A stretch of 64,000 nt of DNA. Source: Nemertoderma westbladi (taxonomy: Eukaryota; Animalia; Xenacoelomorpha). Below are positions 23,001 through 34,957 of this stretch, piece after piece; within the stretch, counting starts at the first letter, position 1; the number at the start of each line of letters is the position of its first letter. The stretch lies in contig JAUCBJ010009132.1 in the NCBI GenBank assembly GCA_032718475.1, forward strand, positions 62,001-126,000. Direction: 5' to 3'. The notes under the pieces were generated by a model that was given only the letters and a program-made list of their open reading frames with translations, was not told the origin of the DNA and made no database searches. A program made the translations under genes and the position numbers.

Positions 23001-26000
23001 TTCTAGGCTTATTCAAGCAGGTGAGAAAAGGTGGAACCTGGTGGCCGCTTCTAGTCGATTCAAGCAGGTGAGAAAAGGTGGAACCTGGTGGCCGCTTCCA
23101 GGCGATTCATGCAGATGAGAAAAGGTGGAACCTGGAGCCCGCTTCCAGGCGATTCATGCAGATGAGAAAAGGTGGAACCTGGTGGCCGCTTCCAGGCGAT
23201 TCAAGCAGGTGAGAAAAGGTGGAACCTGGTGGCCGCTTCTAGGCGATTCAAGCAGGTGAGAATAGGTGGAACCTGGAGGCCGCTTCCAGGCGATTCAAGT
23301 AGATGAGAAAAGGTGGAACCTGGTGGCCGCTTCCAGGCGATTCATGCAGATGAGAAAAGGTGGAACCTGGAGCCCGCTTCCAGGCGATTCATGCAGATGA
23401 GAAAAGGTGGAACCTGGTGGACACTTACAGGCGATACAAGTAGGTTTGAAAGGTGAACCTGGTGGCCGCTTCCAGGCGATTCAAGCAGGTGAGAATAGGT
23501 GGAACCTGGAGGCCGCTTCTAGGCGATTCAAGCAGGTGAGAATAGGTGGAACCTGGTGGCCGCTTCCAGGCGATTCAAGCAGGTGAGAAAAGGTGGAACC
23601 TGGTGGCCGCTTCCAGGCGAATCAAGCAGGTGAGAATAGGTGGAACCTGGTGGGCGCTTCCAGGCGATTCAAGCAGGTGAGAATAGGTGAAACCTGGTGG
23701 CCGCTTCCAGGTGAGAAAAGGTGGAACCTGGTGGCCGCTTCCAGGCGATTCAAGCAGGTGAGAATAGGTGGAACCTGGAGGCCGCTTCCAGGCGATACAA
23801 GCAGGTGAGAAAAGGTGGAACCTGGTGGCCGCTTCCAGGCGATTCATGCAGGTGAGAAAAGGTGGAACCTGGTTGCCGCTTTCAGGCGATTCAATCAGGT
23901 GAGAAAAGGTGGAATCTGGTGGCCGCTTCCAGGCGATTCAAGCAGGTGAGAAAAGGTCGAACCTGGTGGCCGCTTCCAGGCGATTCAAGCAGGTGAGAAT
24001 AGGTGGAACCTGGTGGCCGCTTCCAGGCGATTCAAGCAGGTGAGAAAAGGTGGAACCTGGTGGCCGCTTCCAGGCGAGTCAAGCTGGTGAGAATAGGTGT
24101 AACCTGGTGGGCGCTTCCAGGCGATTCAAGCAGGTGAGAAAAGGTGGAACCTGGTGGCCGCTTCTAGTCGATTCAAGCAGGTGAGAATAGGTGGAACCTG
24201 GTGGCCGCTTCCAGGCGAATCAAGCAGGTGAGAATAGGTGGAACCTGGTGGCCGCTTCCAGGCGATTCAAGCAGGTGAGAAAAGGTGGAACCTGGTGGCC
24301 GCATCCAGGCGATTCAAGCAGGTGAGAAAAGGTGGAACCTGGTGGCCGCTTCCAGGCGAATCAAGCAGGTGAGAATAGGTGGAACCTGGTGGGCGCTTCC
24401 AGGCGATTAAAGCAGGTGAGAATAGGTGGAACCTGGTGGCCGCTTCTAGTCTATTCAAGCAGGTGAGAAAAGGTGGAACCTGGTGGCCGCTTCCAGGCGA
24501 TTCATGCAGATGAGAAAAGGTGGAACCTGGAGCCCGCTTCCAGGCGATTCATGCAGATGAGAAAAGGTGGAACCTGGTGGCCGCTTCCAGGCGATTCAAG
24601 CAGGTGAGAAAAGGTGGAACCTGGTGGCCGCTTCTAGGCGATTCAAGCAGGTGAGAATAGGTGGAACCTGGTGGCCGCTTCCAGGCGATTCAAGTAGATG
24701 AGAAAAGGTGGAACCTGGTGGCCGCTTCTAGGCTTATTCAAGCAGGTGAGAAAAGGTGGAACCTGGTGGCCGCTTCCAGGCGATTCAAGCAGGTGAGAAA
24801 AGGTGGAACCTGGTGGCCGCTTCCAGCCGATTCAAGCAGGTGAGAATAGGTGGAACCTGGTGGCCGCTTCCAGGCGATTCAAGCAGGTGAGAAAAGGTGG
24901 AACCTGGTGGCCGCTTCCAGGCGATTCAAGCAGGTGAGAATAGGTGGAACCTGGTGGCCGCTTCCAGGCGATACAAGCAGGTGAGAAAAGGTGGAACCTG
25001 GTGGCCGCTTCTAGTCGATTCAAGCAGGTGAGAATAGGTGGAACCTGGTGGCCGCTTCCAGGCGATTCAAGCAGGTGAGAAAAGGTGGAACCTGGTGGCC
25101 GCTTCCAGGCGAATCAAGCAGGTGAGAATAGGTGGAACCTGGTGGGCGCTTCCAGGCGATTCAAGCAGGTGAGAATAGGTGAAACCTGGTGGCCGCTTCC
25201 AGGTGAGAAAAGGTGGAACATGGTGGCCGCTTCCAGGCGATTCAAGCAGGTGAGAATAGGTGGAACCTGGAGGCCGCTTCCAGGCGATACAAGCAGGTGA
25301 GAAAAGGTGGAACCTGGTGGCCGCTTCCAGGCGATTCATGCAGGTGAGAAAAGGTGGAACCTGGTTGCCGCTTTCAGGCGATTCAAGCAGGTGAGAAAAG
25401 GTGGAATCTGGTGGCCGCTTCCAGGCGATTCATGCAGGTGAGAAAAGGTGGAACCTGGTTGCCGCTTTCAGGCGATTCAAGCAGGTGAGAAAAGGTGGAA
25501 TCTGGTGGCCGCTTCCAGGCGATTCAAGCAGGTGAGAAAAGGTGGAACCTGGTGGCCGCTTCCAGGCGAATCAAGCAGGTGAGAATAGGTGGAACCTGGT
25601 GGCCGCTTCCAGGCGATTCAAGCAGGTGAGAAAAGGTGGAACCTGGTGGCCGCTTCCAGGCGATTCAAGCAGGTGAGAAAAGGTGGAACCTGGTGGCCGC
25701 TTCCAGGCGAATCAAGCAGGTGAGAATAGGTGGAACCTGGTGGGCGCTTCCAGGGGATTCAAGCAGGTGAGAAAAGGTGGAACCTGGTGGCCGCTTCCAG
25801 GCGATTCAAGCAGGTGAGAAAAGGTGGAACCTGGTGGCCGCTTCCAGGCGATTCAAGCAGGTGAGAATAGGTGGAACCTGGTGGCCGCTTCCAGGCGATT
25901 CAAGCAGGTGAGAAAAGGTGGAACCTGGTGGCCGCTTCCAGGCGATTCAAGCAGGTGAGAATAGGTGGAACCGGGTGGCCGCTTCCAGGCGATACAAGCA

Positions 26001-26026
26001 GGTGAGAAAAGGTGAACCATGGTGGC
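20005..26026. repeat. 47-bp GC-rich satellite, right arm (~128 monomers)
   Basis: Same monomer resuming in phase after the TSD; a different set of variants appears after ~20450; ends abruptly near 26026. Confidence 0.99.
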
Positions 26027-26239
26027 TGTTTGGTATATTTTTCTACCAAATCGATAAAACTTATTTTTGCACCAGTGAGATGAAGTAGAGGGGAAGGAAG
26101 GTTTACATAAATATAAGCGAACTTTTTTATATCAGAATTTATGTCATTTTTACATTTATTTATACAACAACTAATTTAATTTGTGCAGTTTCTATCACTT
26201 ATACAATCATTTCGAGATGTTAAAATTTTGGAATAGAAC

Positions 26240-26515
26240 TACATACGTACTTGTTGCAAAGTACTTTACAGTGTTCTGATCCTCGTGGCTTTATTTTCAC
26301 TCACTCACAACGTTCGTTCGTGTAACAAAGCACTAAGATCATCACACTGTAAAGTGGTACTTTACATACAAGTATGTAAATAGGTATTACAGTGTTCTGA
26401 TCCTCGTGGCTTTGTTTTCACTCACTCACTACTTTCGTTCGTGTAACAAATCACTCGGATCGGATCATCACACTGTTTTACTTATCACGCTATTTTACAC
26501 ACAAGTATGTAAATA
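26240..26515. repeat. Palindromic MITE-like unit with partial tandem duplication (~120-bp period)
   Basis: TACATAC..TACTTGT..CTTTACAGTG ... CACTGTAAAG..ACAAGTATGTA inverted arms; core ACAGTGTTCTGATCCTCGTGGCTTT repeated at ~26269 and ~26389. Confidence 0.55.
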
Positions 26516-26562
26516 GTTATTATTCGATTAGTTCAGGTCATTTATTATTTATTTACTTTCAG

Positions 26563-26820
26563 TTTGCAATCTTCTAAAGATCGGTATAGCAGCGGTGATA
26601 GCCCCGAGCGATTCACCCGCGGCCAACGCTGTCCATTCGGTGTGCAACATCGTGGAGATTCCGGTAATACAAAGCTATGCTGTCTACCAGTCGCGTTTCC
26701 AAAACCATAACTTCGCTATTAACGTGGTCCCTGACTACAGGACACTCAACTCTGTTATACGGGATGTTGTAGTCTCTTATAATTGGACCAGAATTGCTAT
26801 AATGTACGATAACAGTCAAG
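26563..26820 (+). CDS. GRIK: Exon of a kainate-type ionotropic glutamate receptor (amino-terminal LIVBP-like domain), 258 nt, phase 1-1
   Basis: tttactttcAG acceptor; CNLLKIGIAAVIAPSDSPAANAVHSVCNIVEIPVIQ…INVVPDYRTLNSVIRDVVVSYNWTRIAIMYDNSQ resembles GluK '[30 protein letters not shown]…[32 protein letters not shown]'; donor GTTGGT. Family-level call only. Confidence 0.9.
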
Positions 26821-27381
26821 GTTGGTAACTTGTGTATAGCAATTAGATTGTGAATGTGTCGATCTTAGTGTGTCAAACGACTTAAATATAGAGCCTTAAT
26901 TAAGCCGGTGCTCAAACGTTTCGAGTGTATCTGATTTGGTCACCATGGCAGGAAGGGAAGGTCATTTAAGCGGTGGAACTTATACCATGTACCGAACTTT
27001 TAAATTGAACAACAGCCTTGACATGGGGTCCATCTCTGTGTGAAACACGGTTGTCACTAAATGATACTGTTTTACTTAGATACTGGGGTGATTTTAACGG
27101 CGCAGGATTCACTACCGCGCGCACCGGCAATACTGAACTATGGAGTAGCAAGGTGATGGGTGTGCAATAAAATTACGTATTACATGCCTACATGAAATAT
27201 TTTAACTCGGTATAATAATTGTGGAGCAAATATTATGTAATATAGATGAAGTTGCGATTTCTTTGTGTATAAATTATTTAACTTAGAATAATTTGAACAA
27301 ATTTTGCTTCTATTTGTTTGGAAAACGGCCATTTCATTAACACATCTGTCTCATTATCACCTTGTGTTACACCTTATCTAG

Positions 27382-27557
27382 GGTTACTGCGGGTTCAGGA
27401 CGTCCTTGCGCTGTCCATCGAGCCAAACATTGACCTTTCATTGGTTCAATTCTCTGAAACAGATGTTGTTAATCAACTTAAAAAACTAAAAGATAATCAG
27501 AGGCATCATATATTATTGGATTGTTCTCAAGAAATATTGCCTTCTGTACTGCGCCAG
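27382..27557 (+). CDS. GRIK: Next exon of the kainate-type iGluR, 176 nt, phase 1-0
   Basis: ctAG acceptor, phase-compatible; GLLRVQDVL…LKKLKDNQRHHILLDCSQEILPSVLRQ resembles GluK 'GLIRLQELI…FHVIFDCSHEMAAGILKQ'; donor GTATGG. Confidence 0.9.
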
Positions 27558-27679
27558 GTATGGAATCATTCTCCCTCACTTACTCATGCTCATTAATTAT
27601 CGCATTAATCTTGTGCTGCTCGTATATTGTAATTATTATCATATGCAATGTAATGTGGTCGTTATAATAAAGTTTAAGA

Positions 27680-30352
27680 ACTACTACTACTAGGTCGAGC
27701 GAACTCGGACAGTGGAAATGAGATCCTTCCAGGCTTCCCGATTCTCCATAGTTGTCGCAATTTCGTTTCTCCCAAGTTCAGTATCCCTTTCAAGTTGATC
27801 TATATATTATTATTATTATTATTAATATAAATTTACACCATAACTTAGAACTGAACAAATATTTATAATTATAATTAAGCCGGAGTGGTGGCACTTTTTA
27901 TACAGTAAGTAGATAATGAAAAGTATTAGCACAGTATAAAATAAACTATGTATATATATATATTTATTATAGAGTTTAAAATCTATGAGTTTTTAAAATC
28001 TATGAGTTAAAAACGAGCGGGGGGGGGGGGGGGGGGGTGTAGCTGAGGAATTGTTATCCCGTTGTTGCCCAATCTGACAGAGTCCTGGTGTTTCTCGGGC
28101 AATCTAATAAGTGGTACCGCAATATGGCGTCGCCACAGAGACGGCAGGTGCAGTTATCAGCGAGGTCATGATAACCTTCTGTACAGCATATGAGGTGGTG
28201 GAAGCCGTGCACCGCGAATCTGCATACAACGTGTCTGTTTTTGTAGTTGGGGCCCGTCCATCGCCTGTCACGGAATGCGATGGAATTGTAGAACTCTGGT
28301 GGTATTTCTGATATTTTATTTCGTACTGAGTGAAGGTTCTCCAGATATTCCGGTGTGTTTGTGAGGTTTAGTTGCTTCACAATATCGATTACCAGATTGT
28401 TTTCTTTGCATATTTCCAAGACTAGGCGGTTGTGAGTAGTTTTGTGGAGTCCCAGAACTTTCTTTAGGAAAGATGATTTAATTTTATCTATTGTGTTGGC
28501 GATAAGTGAGGCCATATTTCTCTTAGGATGTACAGAACGATCGGTAGTACTTTCAGTTTGAATAACTTGGTGGCTGTTGAAACTGAAAGTAATTTCGGAT
28601 TCTTTATGTAGTGGGTTGCTGTGATGGCCTTTGTAAAAGTAGTTGTTATGTGTTTGGTGAATGATAGTGTACACTGGAAGGTAACGCCTAGATATTTGTA
28701 TGAGTTCGTAATATTTACTGGGTCGCCATTATATGTGAATTTATCAGAGGCGGCCAATCGGCCACCCCGACGGAACTTCATCACGGCTGTCTTGCTGAGG
28801 TTTACTTCGAGTCCGTTGTCGGCTGCCCATGTTGCTGTGGCATCTAAGCCAGCCTGTACGGCTTCCCTGGATTCGCTATAGAATAATAGATCGTCTGCGA
28901 ACAGCAGCACAAAAATCTCCGCGATACGGATGGTGGCAAGTTCGATGAAGTCTACAATATCAAAAATGTATAAGATGAAAAACAATGGGCTAAGGGTGTC
29001 ACCTTGAAGTACGCCTCGTGTTTGTTGTATTATTTTAGATTTACGTAAGCCGTCGAAAATTTGAATGTAGTTCGTGTTCAATGGATTATGTCCTTGCTGG
29101 ACACATGATATCGGCTAATCCATAATCTGACAATTCTGCTTCTGTTATTCACTACCAATCCTATAACGACTGCTACTGCCTGACTACTATACGGTTAGAA
29201 CTGAACAAAGACAGCATAGACAATTTAACTATAGTATTATATGGTGATGGGGTTTCCCCCATAAAAGATACATTACATACATTTCTTACATTACTTAGTT
29301 TAAAATATGAGTTAATAATTAATTAAGGTGCATTAAAATACACCGAGTTAAAATTATTACTGTATGTAATTGGTCTCAAAAAGGCCGTGCTAATTATGAG
29401 ATTAAACGAAGAAGTTAAAAGGGTCAGAAGACTGGATGTTATATGAAATTAGATAGAAATATTTGTATTAAAATTATGTTATGGCCGGTCGTCCACGACT
29501 ACGCTTTCCATGAGTTGGTTGCCGGAGAAGTAGATCTGGTATAACCTCGTCTTTACTTCGCCAGCAGTGCCCACTGAATCTTAATCTGCGTTCACGGAGG
29601 GTGGTTGATACAGGTAGTATTGTACCATAAAGCTCGGCGTTTGTCATGTGTTGTCTCCAGCTGATGTTTAGTGCTGCCCTTAGTAGTCTTGTGTAGCAAC
29701 CATCAATTCGTTGTTCAAGTGATTTAGTCAGTGTCCAGGTCTCACCCCCGTATAAAAATACACTTTCCACTGTGGCTCGAATGAACTTGGTCTTCAGGTG
29801 CCTGGAGAGATCTGATTTCCAGATGGTATCCATTTTTGATAGTTCTACCCAAGCCTTTGCTTTCCTAACTTCTATGTCCTTTTTGCTACTCTCTATCCAT
29901 GATCCAAGGTACTGGAAGTCATCGACCTTCCTTAGTTGATTATTATCAATGGTTGTCAAGTTTCCATCAACATTAAAAGTCATGAATTCGGTCTTTGTAG
30001 CATTTATAGGCAATCCAACCTCCTTAGCAGCCCTCTCCACATTATTTAGTAGAAGCTGTGCATCTGCTAGGGTATTAGAGAGCAGGGCGATGTCATCCGC
30101 AAGGTCTGTGTCTGTGACTGTAGTTGCCGGATATCTACTACTTCTGCGTTCTTGAAGTGTGAATCCCAGATCTTCACCCTTGGTGGCCGTCCTCATTGCG
30201 TAATCCAGCACAATTACAAATAGTAATGGTGCTAATGTGTCACCTTGCAGTACGCCAGCCATGATTGAGAAAAACTCAGTTTCACCATCTGGTGAGAGTA
30301 CCTGCGCTTCTGTGTCACAATATAACAATTCAATGCCAGCAACAATTACTTC
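27680..30352 (-). mobile_element. 5'-truncated RTE-clade LINE (family A), split into 27680-27804 (3' end, (TAG)n tail) and 29476-30352 (RT C-terminal half)
   Basis: VLQGDTLAPLLF, DLADDIALL and YLGSWI motifs; the two pieces join as in the uninterrupted + copy at 39520-39640. Confidence 0.9.
27805..29475 (-). mobile_element. Nested insertion(s) containing an RTEX-like LINE RT fragment (28054-29081, one frameshift) with a C-terminal CCHC motif
   Basis: QGDTLSPLFF, LLFADD, KFRRGG, YKYLGV, CRLC…H…C; (AAT)n tail at ~27805-27825; 15-bp direct repeat TTAGAACTGAACAAA at 27845-27859 and 29195-29209. Confidence 0.8.
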
Positions 30353-30963
30353 AAAAAAAATTTAAATTTAAAGACAATGTTTCAGGACAATGTTGAAGAT
30401 CCACAATTAGAGTTTATCGAATAACATTATTTGTATTAAAATAATGGAACATTAATATTTATCTACGTAATGTTTTATTACTCAACTATACAGTTCTCTA
30501 TTTAATTTAATAATTGAATAAAAATTTTATTTAGCAAAAATTTAAGAAATTCTACCAAAAATATTTTATTTTACATTTTTCGCCGGGATAAGTAATGTAA
30601 AATTAATGCAATCCTATGGGTTACTTTTTTTCCCTAGGGATAAAATATAAAACTTTTTCTCCCGATTTTGAGGTATATTCGAGTAACAAATTTAGAATAA
30701 AAATATTTTTGTGGATCTTCTTAAATTTTTGATAGAGTTAGCATTCATGTTGATATCAAATAAGTACGCAAATAATTACTTACTTCTTAAATTGTATTAC
30801 ATGTTTTTGAAAGAGCATCGACGTAGTAATTTGAACCAAATTTGAGCACACACTCAATAGTTTATTGCAACTTTAGAGTCTACGTGTCTGTCCAAAACGG
30901 AACCCAATATCCAATATTGGTGTATGTAGTTAAGCGGCTCTCTAGTTACGTAATAAATATTCG

Positions 30964-33900
30964 AGAACATTAAATTATTTAACATTGAGTAAAGCAGCAT
31001 CAGGAGTTAAAGAACAATAAATTATTTAACATTGAGTAAGGCAGCATCAGGAGTTAAAGAACAATAAATTATTTAACATTGAGTAAGGCAGCATCAGGAG
31101 TTAAAGAACAATAAATTATTTAACATTGAGTAAAGCAGCATCAGGAGTTAAAGAACATTAAATTATTTAACATTGAGTAAGGCAGCATCAGGAGTTAAAG
31201 AACAATAAATTATTTAACATTGAGTAAGGCAGCATCAGGAGTTAAAGAACAATAAATTATTTAACATTGAGTAAAGCAGCATCAGGAGTTAAAGAACAAT
31301 AAATTATTTAACATTGAGTAAAGCAGCATCAGGAGTTAAAGAACAATAAATTATTTAACATTGAGTAAAGCAGCATCAGGAGTTAAAGAACAATAAATTA
31401 TTTAACATTGAGTAAAGCAGCATCAGGAGTTAAAGAACAATAAATTATTTAACATTGAGTAAAGCAGCATCAGGAGTTAAAGAACAATAAATTATTTAAC
31501 ATTGAGTAAAGCAGCATCAGGAGTTAAAGAACAATAAATTATTTAACATTGAGTAAAGCAGCATCAGGAGTTAAAGAACAATAAATTATTTAACATTGAG
31601 TAAAGCAGCATCAGGAGTTAAAGAACAATAAATTATTTAACATTGAGTAAAGCAGCATCAGGAGTTAAAGAACAATAAATTATTTAACATTGAGTAAAGC
31701 AGCATCAGGAGTTAAAGAACATTAAATTATTTAACATTGAGCAAGGCAGCATCAGGAGTTAAAGAACAATAAATTATTTAACATTGAGTAAAGCAGCATC
31801 AGGAGTTAAAGAACAATAAATTATTTAACATTGAGTAAAGCAGCATCAGGAGTTAAAGAACAATAAATTATTTAACATTGAGTAAAGCAGCATCAGGAGT
31901 TAAAGAACAATAAATTATTTAACATTGAGTAAAGCAGCATCAGGAGTTAAAGAACAATAAATTATTTAACATTGAGTAAAGCAGCATCAGGAGTTAAAGA
32001 ACAATAAATTATTTAACATTGAGTAAAGCAGCATCAGGAGTTAAAGAACAATAAATTATTTAACATTGAGTAAAGCAGCATCAGGAGTTAAAGAACAATA
32101 AATTATTTAACATTGAGTAAGGCAGCATCAGGAGTTAAAGAACAATAAATTATTTAACATTGAGTAAAGCAGCATCAGGAGTTAAAGAACATTAAATTAT
32201 TTAACATTGAGTAAGGCAGCATCAGGAGTTAAAGAACAATAAATTATTTAACATTGAGTAAGGCAGCATCAGGAGTTAAAGAACAATAAATTATTTAACA
32301 TTGAGTAAAGCAGCATCAGGAGTTAAAGAACAATAAATTATTTAACATTGAGTAAAGCAGCATCAGGAGTTAAAGAACAATAAATTATTTAACATTGAGT
32401 AAAGCAGCATCAGGAGTTAAAGAACAATAAATTATTTAACATTGAGTAAAGCAGCATCAGGAGTTAAAGAACAATAAATTATTTAACATTGAGTAAAGCA
32501 GCATCAGGAGTTAAAGAACAATAAATTATTTAACATTGAGTAAAGCAGCATCAGGAGTTAAAGAACAATAAATTATTTAACATTGAGTAAAGCAGCATCA
32601 GGAGTTAAAGAACAATAAATTATTTAACATTGAGTAAAGCAGCATCAGGAGTTAAAGAACAATAAATTATTTAACATTGAGTAAGGCAGCATCAGGAGTT
32701 AAAGAACAATAAATTATTTAACATTGAGTAAAGCAGCATCAGGAGTTAAAGAACAATAAATTATTTAACATTGAGTAAGGCAGCATCAGGAGTTAAAGAA
32801 CAATAAATTATTTAACATTGAGTAAGGCAGCATCAGGAGTTAAAGAACAATAAATTATTTAACATTGAGTAAAGCAGCATCAGGAGTTAAAGAACAATAA
32901 ATTATTTAACATTGAGTAAAGCAGCATCAGGAGTTAAAGAACAATAAATTATTTAACATTGAGTAAAGCAGCATCAGGAGTTAAAGAACAATAAATTATT
33001 TAACATTGAGTAAAGCAGCATCAGGAGTTAAAGAACAATAAATTATTTAACATTGAGTAAAGCAGCATCAGGAGTTAAAGAACAATAAATTATTTAACAT
33101 TGAGTAAAGCAGCATCAGGAGTTAAAGAACAATAAATTATTTAACATTGAGTAAAGCAGCATCAGGAGTTAAAGAACAATAAATTATTTAACATTGAGTA
33201 AAGCAGCATCAGGAGTTAAAGAACAATAAATTATTTAACATTGAGTAAAGCAGCATCAGGAGTTAAAGAACAATAAATTATTTAACATTGAGTAAAGCAG
33301 CATCAGGAGTTAAAGAACAATAAATTATTTAACATTGAGTAAAGCAGCATCAGGAGTTAAAGAACAATAAATTATTTAACATTGAGTAAAGCAGCATCAG
33401 GAGTTAAAGAACAATAAATTATTTAACATTGAGTAAAGCAGCATCAGGAGTTAAAGAACAATAAATTATTTAACATTGAGTAAAGCAGCATCAGGAGTTA
33501 AAGAACAATAAATTATTTAACATTGAGTAAAGCAGCATCAGGAGTTAAAGAACAATAAATTATTTAACATTGAGTAAAGCAGCATCAGGAGTTAAAGAAC
33601 AATAAATTATTTAACATTGAGTAAAGCAGCATCAGGAGTTAAAGAACAATAAATTATTTAACATTGAGTAAAGCAGCATCAGGAGTTAAAGAACAATAAA
33701 TTATTTAACATTGAGTAAAGCAGCATCAGGAGTTAAAGAACAATAAATTATTTAACATTGAGTAAAGCAGCATCAGGAGTTAAAGAACAATAAATTATTT
33801 AACATTGAGTAAAGCAGCATCAGGAGTTAAAGAACAATAAATTATTTAACATTGAGTAAAGCAGCATCAGGAGTTAAAGAACAATAAATTATTTAACATT

Positions 33901-34432
33901 GAGTAAAGCAGCATCAGGAGTTAAAGAACAATAAATTATTTAACATTGAGTAAAGCAGCATCAGGAGTTAAAGAACAATAAATTATTTAACATTGAGTAA
34001 AGCAGCATCAGGAGTTAAAGAACAATAAATTATTTAACATTGAGTAAAGCAGCATCAGGAGTTAAAGAACAATAAATTATTTAACATTGAGTAAGGCAGC
34101 ATCAGGAGTTAAAGAACAATAAATTATTTAACATTGAGTAAAGCAGCATCAGGAGTTAAAGAACAATAAATTATTTAACATTGAGTAAGGCAGCATCAGG
34201 AGTTAAAGAACAATAAATTATTTAACATTGAGTAAAGCAGCATCAGGAGTTAAAGAACAATAAATTATTTAACATTGAGTAAGGCAGCATCAGGAGTTAA
34301 AGAACAATAAATTATTTAACATTGAGTAAAGCAGCATCAGGAGTTAAAGAACAATAAATTATTTAACATTGAGTAAAGCAGCATCAGGAGTTAAAGAACA
34401 ATAAATTATTTAACATTGAGCAAGGCAGCATC
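30964..34432. repeat. 47-bp AT-rich tandem repeat, ~74 near-identical copies
   Basis: AGAACAATAAATTATTTAACATTGAGTAA(A/G)GCAGCATCAGGAGTTAA at 30964, 31011... Confidence 0.99.
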
Positions 34433-34957
34433 GAGAGTTGATGAGTGGAAGCAATGTAGTAAAATGCTACAGTTTAATTTATTTTGTACCACTACCGGTA
34501 TATCTCTGTACGTTTTATTAAAGAATTAAGCAACGAAAAAGTACCAATTTAGGAATAAAATTACGTATTACATGGGAAAAAAACGTAGAAAATTTTACTT
34601 CAATATTCTCGCGACCCATTATTTACTTTTGATTTTAAATTTTTTTGAAAATAAAATAGATTTGTATCGATTAACTTCAAATAATAATATAATATATTAA
34701 ACGTAACATTGGATTAATACCATTGAAATTCAAACAGTTAAATATAGATACAGTAGCTACATAAAGAAAATCTTATATATAATACATGTAATTAAATAAC
34801 AAATTTTCGTTTGATTAGTATATAAATAACTTAATGATGTCAGAAGAATTACAATGAGAATGGCGACCGGAGACTGACTGATTGGCTCGGTGGGGACAAA
34901 AATAGAGATTAAGAGACTAGGTGGTGGTAGAGAAGGATAGACGGAGTGAAGGAGGTT

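Noticed and set aside
168-25339. Dozens of 60-120 aa ORFs (MEPGGRFQ…, MNRLEAAT…) in the GC-rich satellite
   Set aside because: Translations of a 47-bp repeat cycling through frames, mostly with GTG/TTG starts; not genes.
30368-30400. TTAA-AG start suggesting a Kolobok/piggyBac-type element around the AT-rich satellite
   Set aside because: No matching inverted terminus found on the other side.
1-34432. CRISPR-like appearance of the two 47-bp arrays
   Set aside because: No unique spacers, no cas genes, and the context is eukaryotic.
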